Shown: one piece after another, positions 1-14,389 of the stretch | Position numbering within the stretch: position 1 is the stretch's first letter | Layout of the letters: each line of letters opens with the position of its first letter | Source of the DNA: Octopus vulgaris | Lineage: Eukaryota | Direction of reading: 5' to 3' | Assembly (NCBI GenBank): GCA_951406725.2 | Contig: OX597820.1 | Span: 98,828,001-98,892,000 of the forward strand | Length of the DNA: 64,000 nucleotides | Made by a program: the position numbers and the translations under genes | Notes under the pieces: model-generated | The model's input: only the letters and a program-made list of their open reading frames with translations | The model's database searches: none | Told to the model about the DNA's origin: nothing

Positions 1-60
1 ATCTCTTCTTCCAACAACGTAGTTTGTGAAATGAATAGATGTGTGATCAACATCTTTTCC

Positions 61-186
61 TCATATATCAGGAAATTACATCTGCATTATTATGGATACA
101 TTCATCTTCTCTGTGAATAAAATCTCTCCTCATATCTCCGGAAATTACATCTGCATTATTATGGATGGATTTACCTTTTCTGTGAA
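61..186. repeat. Imperfect 2-copy tandem duplication, period ~69 bp
   Basis: tcatat..ggaaattacatctgcattattatggat...tctgtgaa occurs at 61 and again at 130. Confidence 0.8.
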
Positions 187-593
187 GCTAACAATCTTTT
201 TAAAAACCTTTTATAAAACTGTGCATCATTAGAAAACATTTTAAGTCTGCTTACAATCTAACTTTGCTTTTCATAGAACTCTCTTCGATACTTCATGAGT
301 GTAGCCTCACCCACTAGGATGTTTGGAAAACTCATATGTGTTTTGGCTGATGAATACGGGACACTTGTATTTGCTGCAATATTAGCAGCTTTAAATAAAA
401 CTGTTCTTCGTATGAAACAATTGTTCTGAACAACTAATCCATTCTTGTTGCTTTTTTCTTGTTTATAATCACCCCACATTATTTTATGGTTAATGCCATA
501 AAGATTTCTGGTGCATCTATGTTAAGTACCACATTTATGTGAATTCATTGGAATTCACTTGAATCTTAATTGTTTTACTGAAATTATATATAC

Positions 594-662
<69 letters not shown>

Positions 663-817
663 TATGTGCGTGTGTATGTATGTATACACAATCATACATA
701 TATACAAGCATGTGTACTGGGAAACGCTGAATATCTGTGCAAATCATCTATATATATATATATATATATACCTTTAGAACATATACAAACACACATGCAT
801 ACGTGCATACATATATA

Positions 818-920
818 CCCTGTCGTTGATGTTGAAATTCCAATGAAGGAGCCTTGTATCTAGGTTACAAACCGATTCTTTCTCTATTGGCAAGAAATCT
901 TGAAATAAACTTAATAATGA
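818..920 (+). mobile_element. 3' UTR end of a (CATA)n-associated RLE LINE family
   Basis: Similar to 58460-58556 and to the UTRs at 33675 and 59941; runs directly into (CATA)n. Confidence 0.6.
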
Positions 921-1246
921 CATACATACATGCATACATGCATACATACATACATACATACATACATACATACATGCATACATACAAACATACATGCATA
1001 CATACATGCATACATATATGCATACATATATGCATACATACATGCATACATATATGCATACATTCATACATACATACATACATGCATACATACATACATA
1101 CATGCATACATGCATACATACATGCATACATATATGCATACATTCATACATACATACATACATACATACATACATACATGCATACATACATGCATACATA
1201 CATACATGCATACATACATACATGCATGCATACATACATACATACA
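920..1246. repeat. (CATA/CATG)n microsatellite
   Basis: Read directly from the sequence. Confidence 0.95.
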
Positions 1247-1508
1247 TTTCTGTACAGCAGTAGGCAAACATCAGCTGTCCAAAAATCTTAACATAAATTT
1301 AAAGATAAAAGGAAAAGCCCTTACGTTTCAGAAAGAAATGATAAATGATAATACAATCGGATTTTGAACTTAAATTTATACCTGTAATTACTAGAACACT
1401 TGTTATATAATTAACTACTCCACCAACAATATTGAGAAACCAGAACGAATACGATGAAAAGCGCATGGCAGTTTTCGTCCGTGTGCTTTTTCCTCATTTT
1501 TCATCTGT

Positions 1509-1920
1509 TTGAAGAAAGGCTGAAGACGCTCGACCTTTATTCTCTAGAAAAACCACGACGCCGTGGTGATCTCATTCTTGCTCACAAAATCATTAACGGA
1601 AAGTGTAACCTCTCGAAAGAGCTGTTCTTCACTCCTGCTCCAGAGCGTCGGCTGCGGGGTCACTCCGAAAAGCTCTATCTGCGACGATTTCATCTCAATC
1701 GAAGGAGAGGGGCTTTCTCCATCCGGGTTGTGGACCCGTGGAATAAGCTGCCGGACGAGATAGTGAAGATGCCGACGACCGCTCGGTTCAAAGTCTCTCT
1801 TGACCAGAAATTGCCTGAACTCTTTGCATGAACACCCTCCCTGTACATAACTCCATGTGCCCCTACATGGCCTTGCTTTTTGGTTTTTGAGGTAAAAAAT
1901 TAACTTAACTTAACTTAACT
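1509..1920 (+). mobile_element. CR1-clade LINE, 5'-truncated: ORF2 C-terminus, 3' UTR and (TAACT)n tail
   Basis: ORF 1454-1831 contains EERLKTLDLYSLE..RRRGDLILAHKI, RGHSEKL and FSIRVVDPWNKLP..FKVSLD, typical of the CR1 C-terminus; tail at 1900-1920. Confidence 0.9.
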
Positions 1921-2066
1921 ATTGGGTAGGCTGTTGCATTCATGACAATAATTTCAAAAGTTTGATCCCGGTCAGTATGCAATGTTCTTCAGCACTTCAC
2001 ATTGCTCCATCTTAATCAACTAAAAATAAATATCAGCCGACTAATGGTTCAGCTCCATCCCCTCCT

Positions 2067-2100
<34 letters not shown>

Positions 2101-2739
2101 CCTCTCTCACTTTCTCTAGTTGCCACGACTTCAAGGTTTCGCTTAATCAAGAGTGCAAATGTCGGGAAGATGTCTACATCTGCTCTCGACGACATAGCCA
2201 CTTGAAATTACTAACGAGATTGATATGAGATACCAGCTTGTACTCACTTGTGAATGCCGGCAGTGTTTTCTCCATTTAAGTTATGATCCAGTATCCAAGG
2301 TAACTAGTGGTGGCCTGTGTCAGTAAAAATTAATTGCATAAAATTATGTTTAAAAAAATGCATTGCAATCACTTCAGTCGCCATGAAGAATTACAACTCC
2401 AATTTTTTGGACGTTCTCTTTCATAAATGAAGGGAATATTGAGATATTAATGCCACAGTTGAAATACTACGAAATAATTTATATTAGTATAGTTCTTGGT
2501 TTTAGTCGTTCAGGAAGATAGCATTGGTTTCACACTTATAACGTTTTTAAACGTAAAGCTAGTTTTTCAGACTTGTTGGCCGAAGGCACAGAGCCTCTCT
2601 ACAACTGGAGGTAGAAAAATGCTCTTGGTCAGACAGGGATGTGAAAACGTGAGCTTTAAGAGTTTGCTTCTTTTCAAACTTATGAACTATTGATATGTAT
2701 ACATACATATATTTACATATGTGTTTCTGTGTGTGTGTA

Positions 2740-2787
<48 letters not shown>

Positions 2788-2835
2788 CACATATGTATAT
2801 ACATGTACTTACATATATATATATATATATATACA

Positions 2836-2879
<44 letters not shown>

Positions 2880-3071
2880 CAGCCACCACGTGCTTCAAGA
2901 AATTATATGAAACATTATACTATAAAATATTTTGACATAAGTGTCTATAATGCAATATTTGCGCTCAAATAAAAATCGCCTACAACTATATATATATGTA
3001 TGTGTGTGTGTGTCTGTATGTACGTGTACAAATATATTTATACACATATATATGTACATATATATACATAT

Positions 3072-3102
<31 letters not shown>

Positions 3103-3292
3103 CATATATACCTATATATACATATATATATATATGTATATATATACATATATATATACTTATATATATGTATATACATATATATATGGGTATATATATG
3201 CGTGCGTTTGTGTAAGTATATGTAGGTATATATAAGCGTATTTATATACCCTTATATAGACAGAGATGCGATTTGTTTGCATGCGTAGTATG

Positions 3293-3402
<110 letters not shown>

Positions 3403-3742
3403 GTATATATAATGCATCCGTAATGTTAAGCTGGTGCAATGTATAAGACGCTGTTCTTTCTTGGGTGCAGGACGGCGCCTCGAATCCATATTATATAATG
3501 ATTAAATAACCAAATGTTGAAAAATTGTTCAGCTTTTGAATTAAAATTTGAGGCAACATGTTGGTTATACAAATTTCCTTATGATTTCAGCATGGGGAAT
3601 AAATGTTTGTATGTATGTATGTATGTATTTATGTATGTATGTATGTATGTATGTATGTATGTATGTATGTATGTATGTATGTATGCATGTACGTATGTAT
3701 GAATATGTATGTATATATGTATGTAGCTGCATAGTTAGGTAG

Positions 3743-3780
<38 letters not shown>

Positions 3781-3867
3781 ATGTCGGATAAAAATTTTTT
3801 TTTTCGAGAAAAATTTTATCAATGGCCAGCATATTAAAAAATACCTTTAAAGGTTAAAATTATAAAC

Positions 3868-4023
3868 AACTTATAAATAAAGGCAAAAGAAAAATTTCTT
3901 ATGCCAAATATGCCGAAAATTGGACATATTGTCCATTACCATATAATATGGTAATGGACAATATGTCCAATTTTCGGCATATTTGGCATTAGAAATGTTT
4001 TCGTTTGCCCTTATTTATAAGTT
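3868..4023. repeat. Fold-back palindrome with ~77-bp arms
   Basis: atgccaaatatgccgaaaattggacatattgtccattaccatat-a-reverse complement; outer arms imperfect; TA runs nearby on both sides. Confidence 0.9.
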
Positions 4024-4033
4024 ATATATATTT

Positions 4034-5464
<1,431 letters not shown>

Positions 5465-5467
<3 letters not shown>

Positions 5468-5954
5468 GTTCAGCAAAATTTAGATTCAGATGAATATGAT
5501 ACGTAAGTTAAAGGCACCAGAATTTGGTATGGTATTATCCATATAAATCAAATGGGGTGATTATAATCAAAATATGCAACAAGGATATCCTAGGCAGTGT
5601 AGTGCAATCGTTTCATGCTACTTCATTTAATTAAACAATGTAAGTATTACATCAGTTTTAAAATGTAGAGCACTCTTCAGAGTGATAAAATATCTGCCCA
5701 TGAGGAAAGACCTTCTGCTACTATGTTTTTAATGATGAAATTAACCTCTCTGTCTATATATCTACCCTCTTTGCATGTTGGCAAATGGAATAAGTATAAA
5801 AATGAACATTGTCTATTCAATTAAAAAAATTCTATATGTGGCTGAAGAGTGCTTTACACTTTAAAACTGATGTAATACTTACATTATTTAATTAAATGAA
5901 GTAGCATGAAACGATTGTACTACACTACCTTGGATATCCTTGTTGCTTATTTTG

Positions 5955-5960
<6 letters not shown>
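5465..5960. mobile_element. Penelope-like fold-back element in (TA)n; inverted arms 5562-5680 and 5842-5960
   Basis: ~119-bp inverted repeat containing a hammerhead core; (TA)n on both flanks. Confidence 0.7.
5837..5924 (+). ncRNA. Type I hammerhead ribozyme with a long helix II insert
   Basis: tgtgg CTGAAGA gtgct..~50 nt..agcat GAAA c-gatt-g TA ctaca; helices I, II and III can all pair. Confidence 0.7.
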
Positions 5961-6012
<52 letters not shown>

Positions 6013-6470
6013 TATATACTATGAAATAGTCATTGTATAGAGAGTGGCTATAAAGTTTACTTCTTAACCACGAGCTTCCGAGTTCGTTCCTACCGCGTAG
6101 CCACTTGAATCAATGCTACTTTCTATAGCCACGAGTGGATCCATACCTTGTGAGAGAAAGTGGGTAGATGGAAACGGTTTAAATGTCAGTCGGGTGGATT
6201 ATGTCTGTAAGTCAAAAGTACATTTGAATTAATAAAACCGATGACCCAATAATCAACAAAAAAGGGAAAAGAACTGAAAGTAAAATATTCCGGGTATACA
6301 AAATTCATCAGTAATTGATTTTTATTATATACAGTTGTAATTAGTAGCGTTAAAACCGCAAAAGCACGACAGACTGTCTGACATAAATGAACATGGTTTT
6401 AGTGTTGTGAAATTATTAAAATTACTTCTTCATGAAACATGTATAGATAGATAGGCAGATAGAAAGATAG

Positions 6471-6501
<31 letters not shown>

Positions 6502-6562
6502 GATAGATAGATAGATAGACAGATAGACAGACAGACAGGTAGACAGACAGGTAGACAGATAG

Positions 6563-6683
<121 letters not shown>

Positions 6684-6699
6684 TATTCATACATACATC

Positions 6700-7100
6700 T
6701 TTTAGATTTTACATGTTTCTGTCATTAGACTGCGGTCATTCTAGGGCAGCACCTTGAAGAATTTTAGCCGAATAAATCGATTCCAGTACTTATTTTTTTG
6801 TTTTTTCGCCCTTTTGCCGAACCGCTAAGTTACGCAGATGTAAGCACACTAACGCCAGTTGTCAAGTGATCGTACAGGACAAACATAGACATAAAGACAC
6901 ATTCACACCACACGCACGCGTGCGCGACAAGCTTCTTTCAGTTTCCACTCTACTAAACTCACAAAACTTTGGTCGGCCCAATACTACAGTAGCAGTGGCC
7001 CAAGCAGTGGTCCAAGCAGTGGCCTAAGGCGTCACGCAGTGGGACTGAATCGAGAACAATGCGGTTGGTAAGCAAACTTCTTACTGCACAACCACGCCAA
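6700..7100 (-). mobile_element. tRNA-derived CORE-type SINE (family B, OR2-like), diverged
   Basis: Reverse complement matches the fuller copies at 48138 and 58026; contains an internal 12-mer x3 (agcagtggccca). Confidence 0.75.
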
Positions 7101-7928
7101 GCTCCGAAGCGACCAAAGCCTTGTGGGTGGATTGGTTTTTGTAGACGGCAGTTGAAAGAAGTCTGAAAATCAATACGCTCCTCTCGTTTTTCACTCATCG
7201 GTTTACCCTTCGTGAAGGTGTTTCCATCGCCTGTTTTGTCAATTGATTTTCATCACTCAATCGGGTTTCTGAAATGCAGCAATGCCAATACTGTAACGAG
7301 CCAACCCCATTGCTATTATGCCATTTCGTCATTCAGGATTACTCGACACTTTGTAATCAAGAAGTGTCCTCTAACATTCCGCGTTCCCAGTCTTAATCTG
7401 TATTTGTTGTTTGCTTGTTTTCTTACATATATACATAATATATACATAAATATCCATACATGTATAAATATTCAAACATATATGCGTATAAGTGCTTGCT
7501 TGAAATTCAATTTGGTGGTGATACTGATATCCGTTACATTCCCAAACTCTGAAACAAATTTCTAAAAACTGGAATTAACCTTGTCTTCAGTGTTGAGGTT
7601 CGTTGAAATTTCTGCTACCCCGAAACAGATGCCTTCGACCGTGATTTTTTGGTTTCATGTCCTCGTGACTGGGGGAGAGTTGGGGCAACACCTCATTTTT
7701 TTTTTTGCTGCTGAAGAACAAGTCAAATGCTGTTTTCTTCATCTAACTTGTTTATTGCATATATTCAAATCTCTCAAAAGGATTTTGGAATCAGTATATC
7801 ATCACCATGGCTAATAAGACTGATTCTTCGTGTGACTGATGGCAAGTCTGTGACAACTGCTGCAAACCTTACTAGCGCCAAGACAATTTACTGAGGTACT
7901 CTAGTCAGAATAATTGTATCCTCTGTGC

Positions 7929-7960
<32 letters not shown>

Positions 7961-8377
7961 GACCATGAGAAAGATGTGATCTTTTTGATCGACCTGAGAA
8001 GCTACTTGCATCTAAACAAACTACTGTCGCCATAGTAGTTTTTGAGGAAATATGCTCGTATTTTATTTAATAGAGCATTCCCTATTTTTCTTTCTATGTT
8101 TTTTTTCTGGCAAGAATAATCATATCGCAATTTCGAAATATATGATCGTTTATGAAACTCGGTTGAACCCTTTAGCAAATGGCACTCGTAATAAATATAG
8201 ATTCATAATAAATGTTTAATGCATTTATAAATCGTGACGTATATTTGCCATTTAAATATGGCTAACCCCTAAGGGTGGATGCTACTGACACCTTCTCCAG
8301 CTGACTTTAGACACATTTTCTGTGCCCTATTAGTAATTGCAAAGGGAAGCCATCCTTCCCGTCTGCAACTTATGATA

Positions 8378-8422
8378 CACACGGACTCGAGTTTCTGGGT
8401 ATTGACCCGTCATCAGCGTGTG
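8378..8422 (-). ncRNA. Minimal type I hammerhead ribozyme
   Basis: Minus strand: cacacg CTGATGA c-gggt-caat-accc-a GAAA ctcgag TC cgtgtg; perfect 6-bp helix I and palindromic helix III. Confidence 0.75.
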
Positions 8423-8426
8423 ACAA

Positions 8427-8640
8427 TCACAGCTGTCGATGAAAAGTAGGTTTCCTTAGCAAACACTTATCCATTTTCCAGCATCGTAAAGACACTGATA
8501 TCGAAAAGGTGTGATCAAGAAGATTTCCGTAGATAAAGCCTCGCCCCATCATATTTTTTTCTATTTTGTACTTTACGAGGATACTGAAAGCCATGCCTCT
8601 TGCTTGGCCAGTTAGGTGCAATATCGTATGTTTTGATTCT
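8427..8640 (-). pseudogene. Possible decayed Penelope ORF C-terminus upstream of the HHR
   Basis: A frameshifted reading HGFQY..KYDGARLYL/EIFLI resembles the PLE RLxLExxxI terminus; weak match. Confidence 0.35.
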
Positions 8641-9010
8641 GTTGCTTCCCGTTTTTATTTCTTTTTTTCTTTTCTTTTCAGGTAGTCAGTTTTAAAATCT
8701 TCACTGTGGGACCCCTTTGGTTTGTTCGACGATCGTGTGAGAGATGTGCACGCTTGATCATCCGATTTCATTGTATATAATATACATTATGTGTATATGT
8801 GTGTGTGTTCATGTAGTGTGTGTGTTCATGTAGTGTGTGAGTGTACGTATTACTGTGACAACACACAAATATCAGTATTTGTGTGTGTGTTTATGTGTGT
8901 GAGTATGTGTGTATTTATGTGAGGGTGTGTGTATTTGTCCATCCAGGCGTGTGCATTTGTGTGCGTTTATGTGCGAGTGTGCGTGCACGCGCGTGTACGC
9001 ATTCGAGTCA

Positions 9011-9058
<48 letters not shown>

Positions 9059-9711
9059 TCGTAATAAATGTTTAACGCATGACTGAATTTCAATGCTATC
9101 AAATTACGTTATGAGCATTTTTTTTATTCTGTCCCAGTAATGAATTAATGAAATGCTTTATACGATCTATATTTTCCGTAATTATGTTTGTTTGTTTGTT
9201 TTGTTTTCTTTCTTTTTTTTCTTTTTTCATATTTCTTCTGAATAACCGATTTCCTCTCGTGTTGGTAAACCTATCAAATATTGATTAGTGAAAGTGATGC
9301 TCCAGCATGGCACTCTCCCTAATGACTAAAACACACTAAATAACACATAACAGGTTCCCATTAAAGAAACGAGATTCTTGAAGCATAACATACTGTGGAT
9401 TTATTTGTAGTTTATGCTATAACGATTATTTACAGCGAAATACCACTGTGTACTGAAATATAATAAAGACGTTGAAACGAAGGAAGCTTCTCCTTTACTT
9501 GTGTTAGTCACTGAACTGCAGCCATGCTACGGCACCGCCTTAAAGGCTTTAGTTGAACAGATCGCCTCTAATATTTACTTTCTTTTAATCTGGTGTTCAT
9601 TCTGTCGGTTCTTTTTGTCGAACTGCTAGTTTACAGGAACGTAAACAAACCAACTCCAGTTGTCAAGCAGTGGTGGAACAAACATAACACAAACGCAAGA
9701 AGCACACACAG

Positions 9712-9775
<64 letters not shown>

Positions 9776-9782
9776 TAGATAT

Positions 9783-9833
<51 letters not shown>

Positions 9834-9835
9834 TA

Positions 9836-9873
<38 letters not shown>

Positions 9874-9876
<3 letters not shown>

Positions 9877-10138
9877 AGGCGCAATGGCCCAGTAGTTAGG
9901 GCAGCGGACTCGCGGTCGTAGGATCGTGGTTTCGATTCCCAGACCGGGCGTTGTGAGTGTTTATTGAGCGAAAACACCTAAAAGCTCCACGAGGCTCCAG
10001 CAGGGGGTGGTGATCCCTGCTGTACTCGTTCACCACTCTTTCTCCCACTCTTTCTTCTGTTGGCCTGCTCGCTTAGCCAGCGGGGTGGCATCATTCGAAG
10101 GCTAAAACTACATCTGATGGACTGGTCGGTCACGTGAT

Positions 10139-10140
<2 letters not shown>
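9874..10140 (+). mobile_element. tRNA-derived SINE (family C)
   Basis: Box A-like tggcccagtagttagg and box B-like gtttcgattccc; related copies at 46800-47086 and 62187-62450. Confidence 0.8.
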
Positions 10141-10170
<30 letters not shown>

Positions 10171-10175
<5 letters not shown>

Positions 10176-10420
10176 TAATCCAAACGGGAAAACAGAAAAA
10201 ACAACAACACGTGGAACAATAAAGTATTATTATTAGGCGCTCAGGAAAGAGGGAAGAAGGAGGGTATGACGTTTCGAGCGGAGCTCTTCGTCGGAAACAT
10301 AAGAGAAGGAAGAAAGAAAGATCCTGAGGTGGGCGAACAGAGGGAAAAAAACGCGACTGGTTTTTACGAAGTAAACATGATGAAGGGCCGGAAGTTTTGG
10401 ATAACAGATGCTGGTTTTTA
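10171..10420 (-). mobile_element. Penelope-like pLTR fragment ending in (TA)n, with an HHR motif at 10264-10298
   Basis: Minus strand CCGACGA a gagc tcc gctc GAAA CGTC; homologous to 13346-13550 and 51468-51722. Confidence 0.65.
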
Positions 10421-11269
10421 AAGACAAAAGAGCGAAAAAAGGAAGGTTGGTAACACTCGATGAATGGGAAGAATAATGTGTATGTATGTGTACGTGTGCG
10501 TGTGTGTATGTGTGTGTAAGGCGAGATAAAAAAAATATATGTATATGTTAGTGCGTGCGTATGTATGTAAGTGTGTGTACGTAGGGCGAAAGGTAGTTGA
10601 CATAGCAGTCACAAGTCAGTGGTCAGTGGTAAAAAGGAGGAGGGAGGGAATGGGTGGGGGGCGTATGTGCGTGTCGTGTGCGTGTTGAGAGTAGTGTGTG
10701 TGTGTCCAGTGTGCGTAGTTGTATGTATGGCAAGTAAATTTGAAGTGTGTGTAAGTGTTATGTATATATATATGCAAATGTGTGTGTGTGAGTGCGTGGG
10801 AGTGGGTGTATGTATGTGTGTGCGTGTGTGTACAAAAGGTGGGGGTATTAAGGAAACAAACTGCAACTGAGGGAAAGATGGAAAAGTGCTCCCGCGGTGA
10901 CAGGCGTAAGAGAACCCAAGAAACGCGCCGGCCCCAGATACGAACAAGAGATCTAGTCGGAGCCCACGGGCGTGGTGCATGCATGCGTGTATGCGTGCGC
11001 GAACGCGCACATGCATGTATGTGCGCGCGCCTGCGAGTGTGTGTGTGTGGATGTGTGAGTGTGTCTGTGTGTATGTCTGGGTGTCAGTGTGTCCGATTGA
11101 ATGTATGTAAGTATGTGTGTGTATGTGTATGAGTGTGTATGTATGTACGTGTGTATGTGTGGAAGTGTGTTTATGTGCATGTGTGTGCGCGTGCCTGCGA
11201 GTGTGTGAGTAAGTGTGTGTATGTATGTGTGAGTGTGTATGTCTGTGTGTACAGGATGTATGTATGTGT

Positions 11270-11432
11270 GTGGGTATATATAGTTTCCATCTACCAAATC
11301 CATGCATAAAGCTTTGGTCGGTGCGAAGCTATATTAGAAGACACTTGCGCAAGGTACTGCAGAGTAGAACTGAACCCGAGACCACATTGTTGGGTGCCAA
11401 GCTTCTTACCCACACAGCCATACCTGCACCTA
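11270..11432 (-). mobile_element. SINE family B 5' half, diverged
   Basis: Reverse complement ggtgcaggtatggctgtgtgggtaagaagc..accttgcgcaagtgtcttct. Confidence 0.7.
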
Positions 11433-11996
11433 GTATTAAATATTTTAAAATTATATTCCTTTAGAACATCTGTCCATATTCATATTTTTACCTCTCAAAT
11501 AATAAATAGTTTCAAGTATTTCTAATTAGACATTAACTATATCAGTTTTTTCCCCATTTATTTCGCTTTATGTTAAATAGATTTTCAAAAGTTATTGTTC
11601 ATTGGATTCTAAACTCAGTCTTACGAATGTAAAATAGATAGCGCTCATCCTTAAAAGCGGTACTTGTTGAAACCACATTTTAAGACGTTGATACGAAATA
11701 TCAGGCGAGAATAAAACTAGACAGAGATAACTAAGAGAATTGAACCCCATGTCTGCTATAATCCCAAGTCCACCATATGCGATTAGACCAAGGAGACTTT
11801 GACAGCTTTCCATCATTCAATGCTTCCGGCTGAAACGTAACAAATTTACTCTCTCCCCTGTTCATTTCGTCAAATGCAAAATAATGGACTTTCTTGAATC
11901 ATCAATAGACCTTACACACGCACTTACACAAACACACACACACACACGTTTATATACATACACACACATATGTATATATGTATATCTATCTATCTA

Positions 11997-12228
11997 TCCG
12001 CTCAGTCGAAGTCGACTCTCGGTTACTCCACGGATCAGTGTCCTCCAGTCAGTTCTATATCTATGGCTATGTCCATTCCGGTATCACTCTTGATGGTGTC
12101 AAGCCAGCGGGTTCTTGGTCGGCCTCTTCCTCTCTTGCCACTGACCATTCCGAGAATGATGCCCTTCTCCAGGGATTTTCTCCGCATAATATGACCAAAA
12201 TATGCCAATCTATGCTTGGTGATCCTAG
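11997..12228 (-). mobile_element. RTE (BovB-like) LINE 3' end
   Basis: Minus strand reads RLAYFGHIMRRKSLEKGIILGMVSGKRGRGRPRTRWLDTI..WRTLIRGVTESRLRLSG*, followed by a (GATA)n tail. Confidence 0.85.
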
Positions 12229-13345
12229 ATGTATATATATATATACATATATCAGGTTCATATATATATGAACCTGATAAAAACTAGGCACTATGCGTTG
12301 TCTAAGCCAAATAAGATTATCTATGAAGAAAAATGACCAATATCAATGTGAATAATCCCCACAACCATGAACCCACAAACACTTTATATTTCAATAGAAT
12401 AAAGGACGACTCAGTTCAGAATAAAGAGACTGAGACATGAAAAGATCTTAACCAACCACAGAAAATATGTATTCCTGTCATCAGCTAGCAAACAGATATC
12501 ACCATCGTTTCGACACCTGGGCAGAAATGGTCAATCCGACAGCGTCAACATTGTTAAAAATATAAATGCTGCTCAGCAATTAATAATAATCAGCACGAAA
12601 CATTAGCGTAGTATGATCATTACACCAACATCTGCTTATGTGTTTTTCCTGTGACATAGAGAGAGAGAGAGAGAGAGGAGAAATGGAAAGACAAGAAAAG
12701 ACGTCAACAAAAAACTATAACATTACAACCAGCCAGAACGAGGGGGCAGCCATAATGTATGTATGTATGTATGTATGTATGTATGTATGTATGTATGTAT
12801 GTATGTATGTATATGAATGGGCGGAATTATGATGTTAGCACGTGATAAAACTTCCCTTAACTTTTGTATTTTCAAAAGTTTTTCGATTCTGTCTTCTGCA
12901 TAATGGAATTGATATGACTATGCAACAACAAAAGAAATCTCCCACCCAACATTTTTTTAATCCGTGCATTTAAAATACAGACAGTCCGAATCTACCATTC
13001 GTTTCTATTTATAATTTCCAAATAATTTTTAATACTTTTATGGAAGAAATTCAATTGATGGTCTTCATACTTTTTCACATAACCCTGGACTTTATATGTG
13101 AAATGCCAATGACATGCTGCATGTCCATCAGTAATATTTGCTGACAGACAGCCGTGCAGTGGTACAATATATAGTCCAAGTAGATGAGAGCCTTCTTTTT
13201 AAGGGGAAAAAATGAAGCTAGAAGAGTGGTGAAGAGGTTTTGGATACTTGTGACTGTCGTAACCGACGATGTGCCAGCTTTTTTTTATTTGCACATGTGC
13301 GTGTATAAAGATATAATTAAAACAATATGTATACACCCACGTATA

Positions 13346-13550
13346 CTAATTCAAACATGAAAACACAAAGAGAAAACACAATAACGCGAGGACGTCAAAC
13401 AAGTATAGTGTTATTGGACGCTCAGCAAAGGAAAGAAAGAAGGAGGATTTAACGTTTCGAGCGGAGCTCTTCGTCAGAAATATAGGAAGAGGAAAGATCC
13501 AAGGAAGGGAAGACGGAGGAAAAAAAATCGCCAACGATACACACGCGAAC
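13346..13550 (-). mobile_element. Penelope-like pLTR fragment nested in the Merlin-like relic
   Basis: Homologous to 10171-10420; carries an HHR. Confidence 0.65.
13447..13481 (-). ncRNA. Minimal type I hammerhead ribozyme
   Basis: attt CTGACGA a gagc tcc gctc GAAA cg TT aaat; helix I attt/aaat, palindromic ACGT helix III. Confidence 0.7.
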
Positions 13551-14165
13551 AAAGCCTAATGGTGTGAATTTTCTAAAACACATTTAGAGACAAACGATTT
13601 TCACAATGAATTCCAATTTAAGCGGAATCTACATTATCTGAATCATATTTATAGAAAAGAAATATTGAATTTTCTCAAGGTTACGAAGAAGCAAATCTTT
13701 GGGGCATAGTTGTGTAGATATGCTGAAATATTTATATGTATAAAAGGATGTATATATAACTAACTCTGTAAAAATGTATGTGTATGTATATATATTTGTA
13801 TGTTCCTGTATGCACTTATACATGTATAAGTTTCAGAAGATATTAGAATAATGAATAAAAGTCAGTCATGATAAGAGATCTCCCAAGAATCTATTTCCTT
13901 AATTTTTAACTACTGTTTCTGGCATACATATCTACGCAATTTTGATTTTGAAGTATTTCAAAAATATTTGGAAATTATGAAGAGAAACGAATGGTAGATT
14001 TGGACCGTCCGAATTTTAAAACCACGAATTAAAAAAAAAAATTGTGCGTGTTAAATTTTTCTCCAGAAGTTCATGGCTTCATAGGAATAAGCGTGGAAAA
14101 CTGCATCAGGATGACCAATTTTCAGAGTTTTAAAAAATGCAGATTTTTCGAACGAAGCAAACTAG

Positions 14166-14295
14166 ATCCCGAGGGCGATTTTACCTTTCATCCTTTAGGG
14201 GTCGATAAAGTAAGTACCAGTTGAGTTTTGGGGTTGATGTAATCGATTAACACCGTCTCAAAAAATTCCATGCCTTGTGTCTATATCAGAAAGGA

Positions 14296-14300
<5 letters not shown>
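14166..14300 (+). mobile_element. SINE family A (Nin/Deu-domain-like), partial
   Basis: Contains the core cctttcatcctttaggggtcgataaagtaagtacc. Confidence 0.7.

Positions 14301-14388
<88 letters not shown>

Positions 14389-14389
<1 letters not shown>

Larger units (their letters stand above)
12950..14043 (+). mobile_element. Merlin/IS1595-like DNA transposon relic with ~90-bp inverted repeats
   Basis: 12950-13037 is an imperfect reverse complement of 13951-14043; internal IVQVDES at 13171-13191 resembles the Merlin VEIDES motif. Confidence 0.5.

Noticed and set aside
258-479. 73-aa ORF
   Set aside because: No recognisable motif; stops in the flanking frame; probably a decayed repeat
7600-7900. 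RT remnants (HGDD here; LADD near 19745)
   Set aside because: Too degenerate to assign
9874-9950. tRNA gene
   Set aside because: SINE head: continues into a repeat body and lacks a proper cloverleaf; the same applies to the family A and B heads
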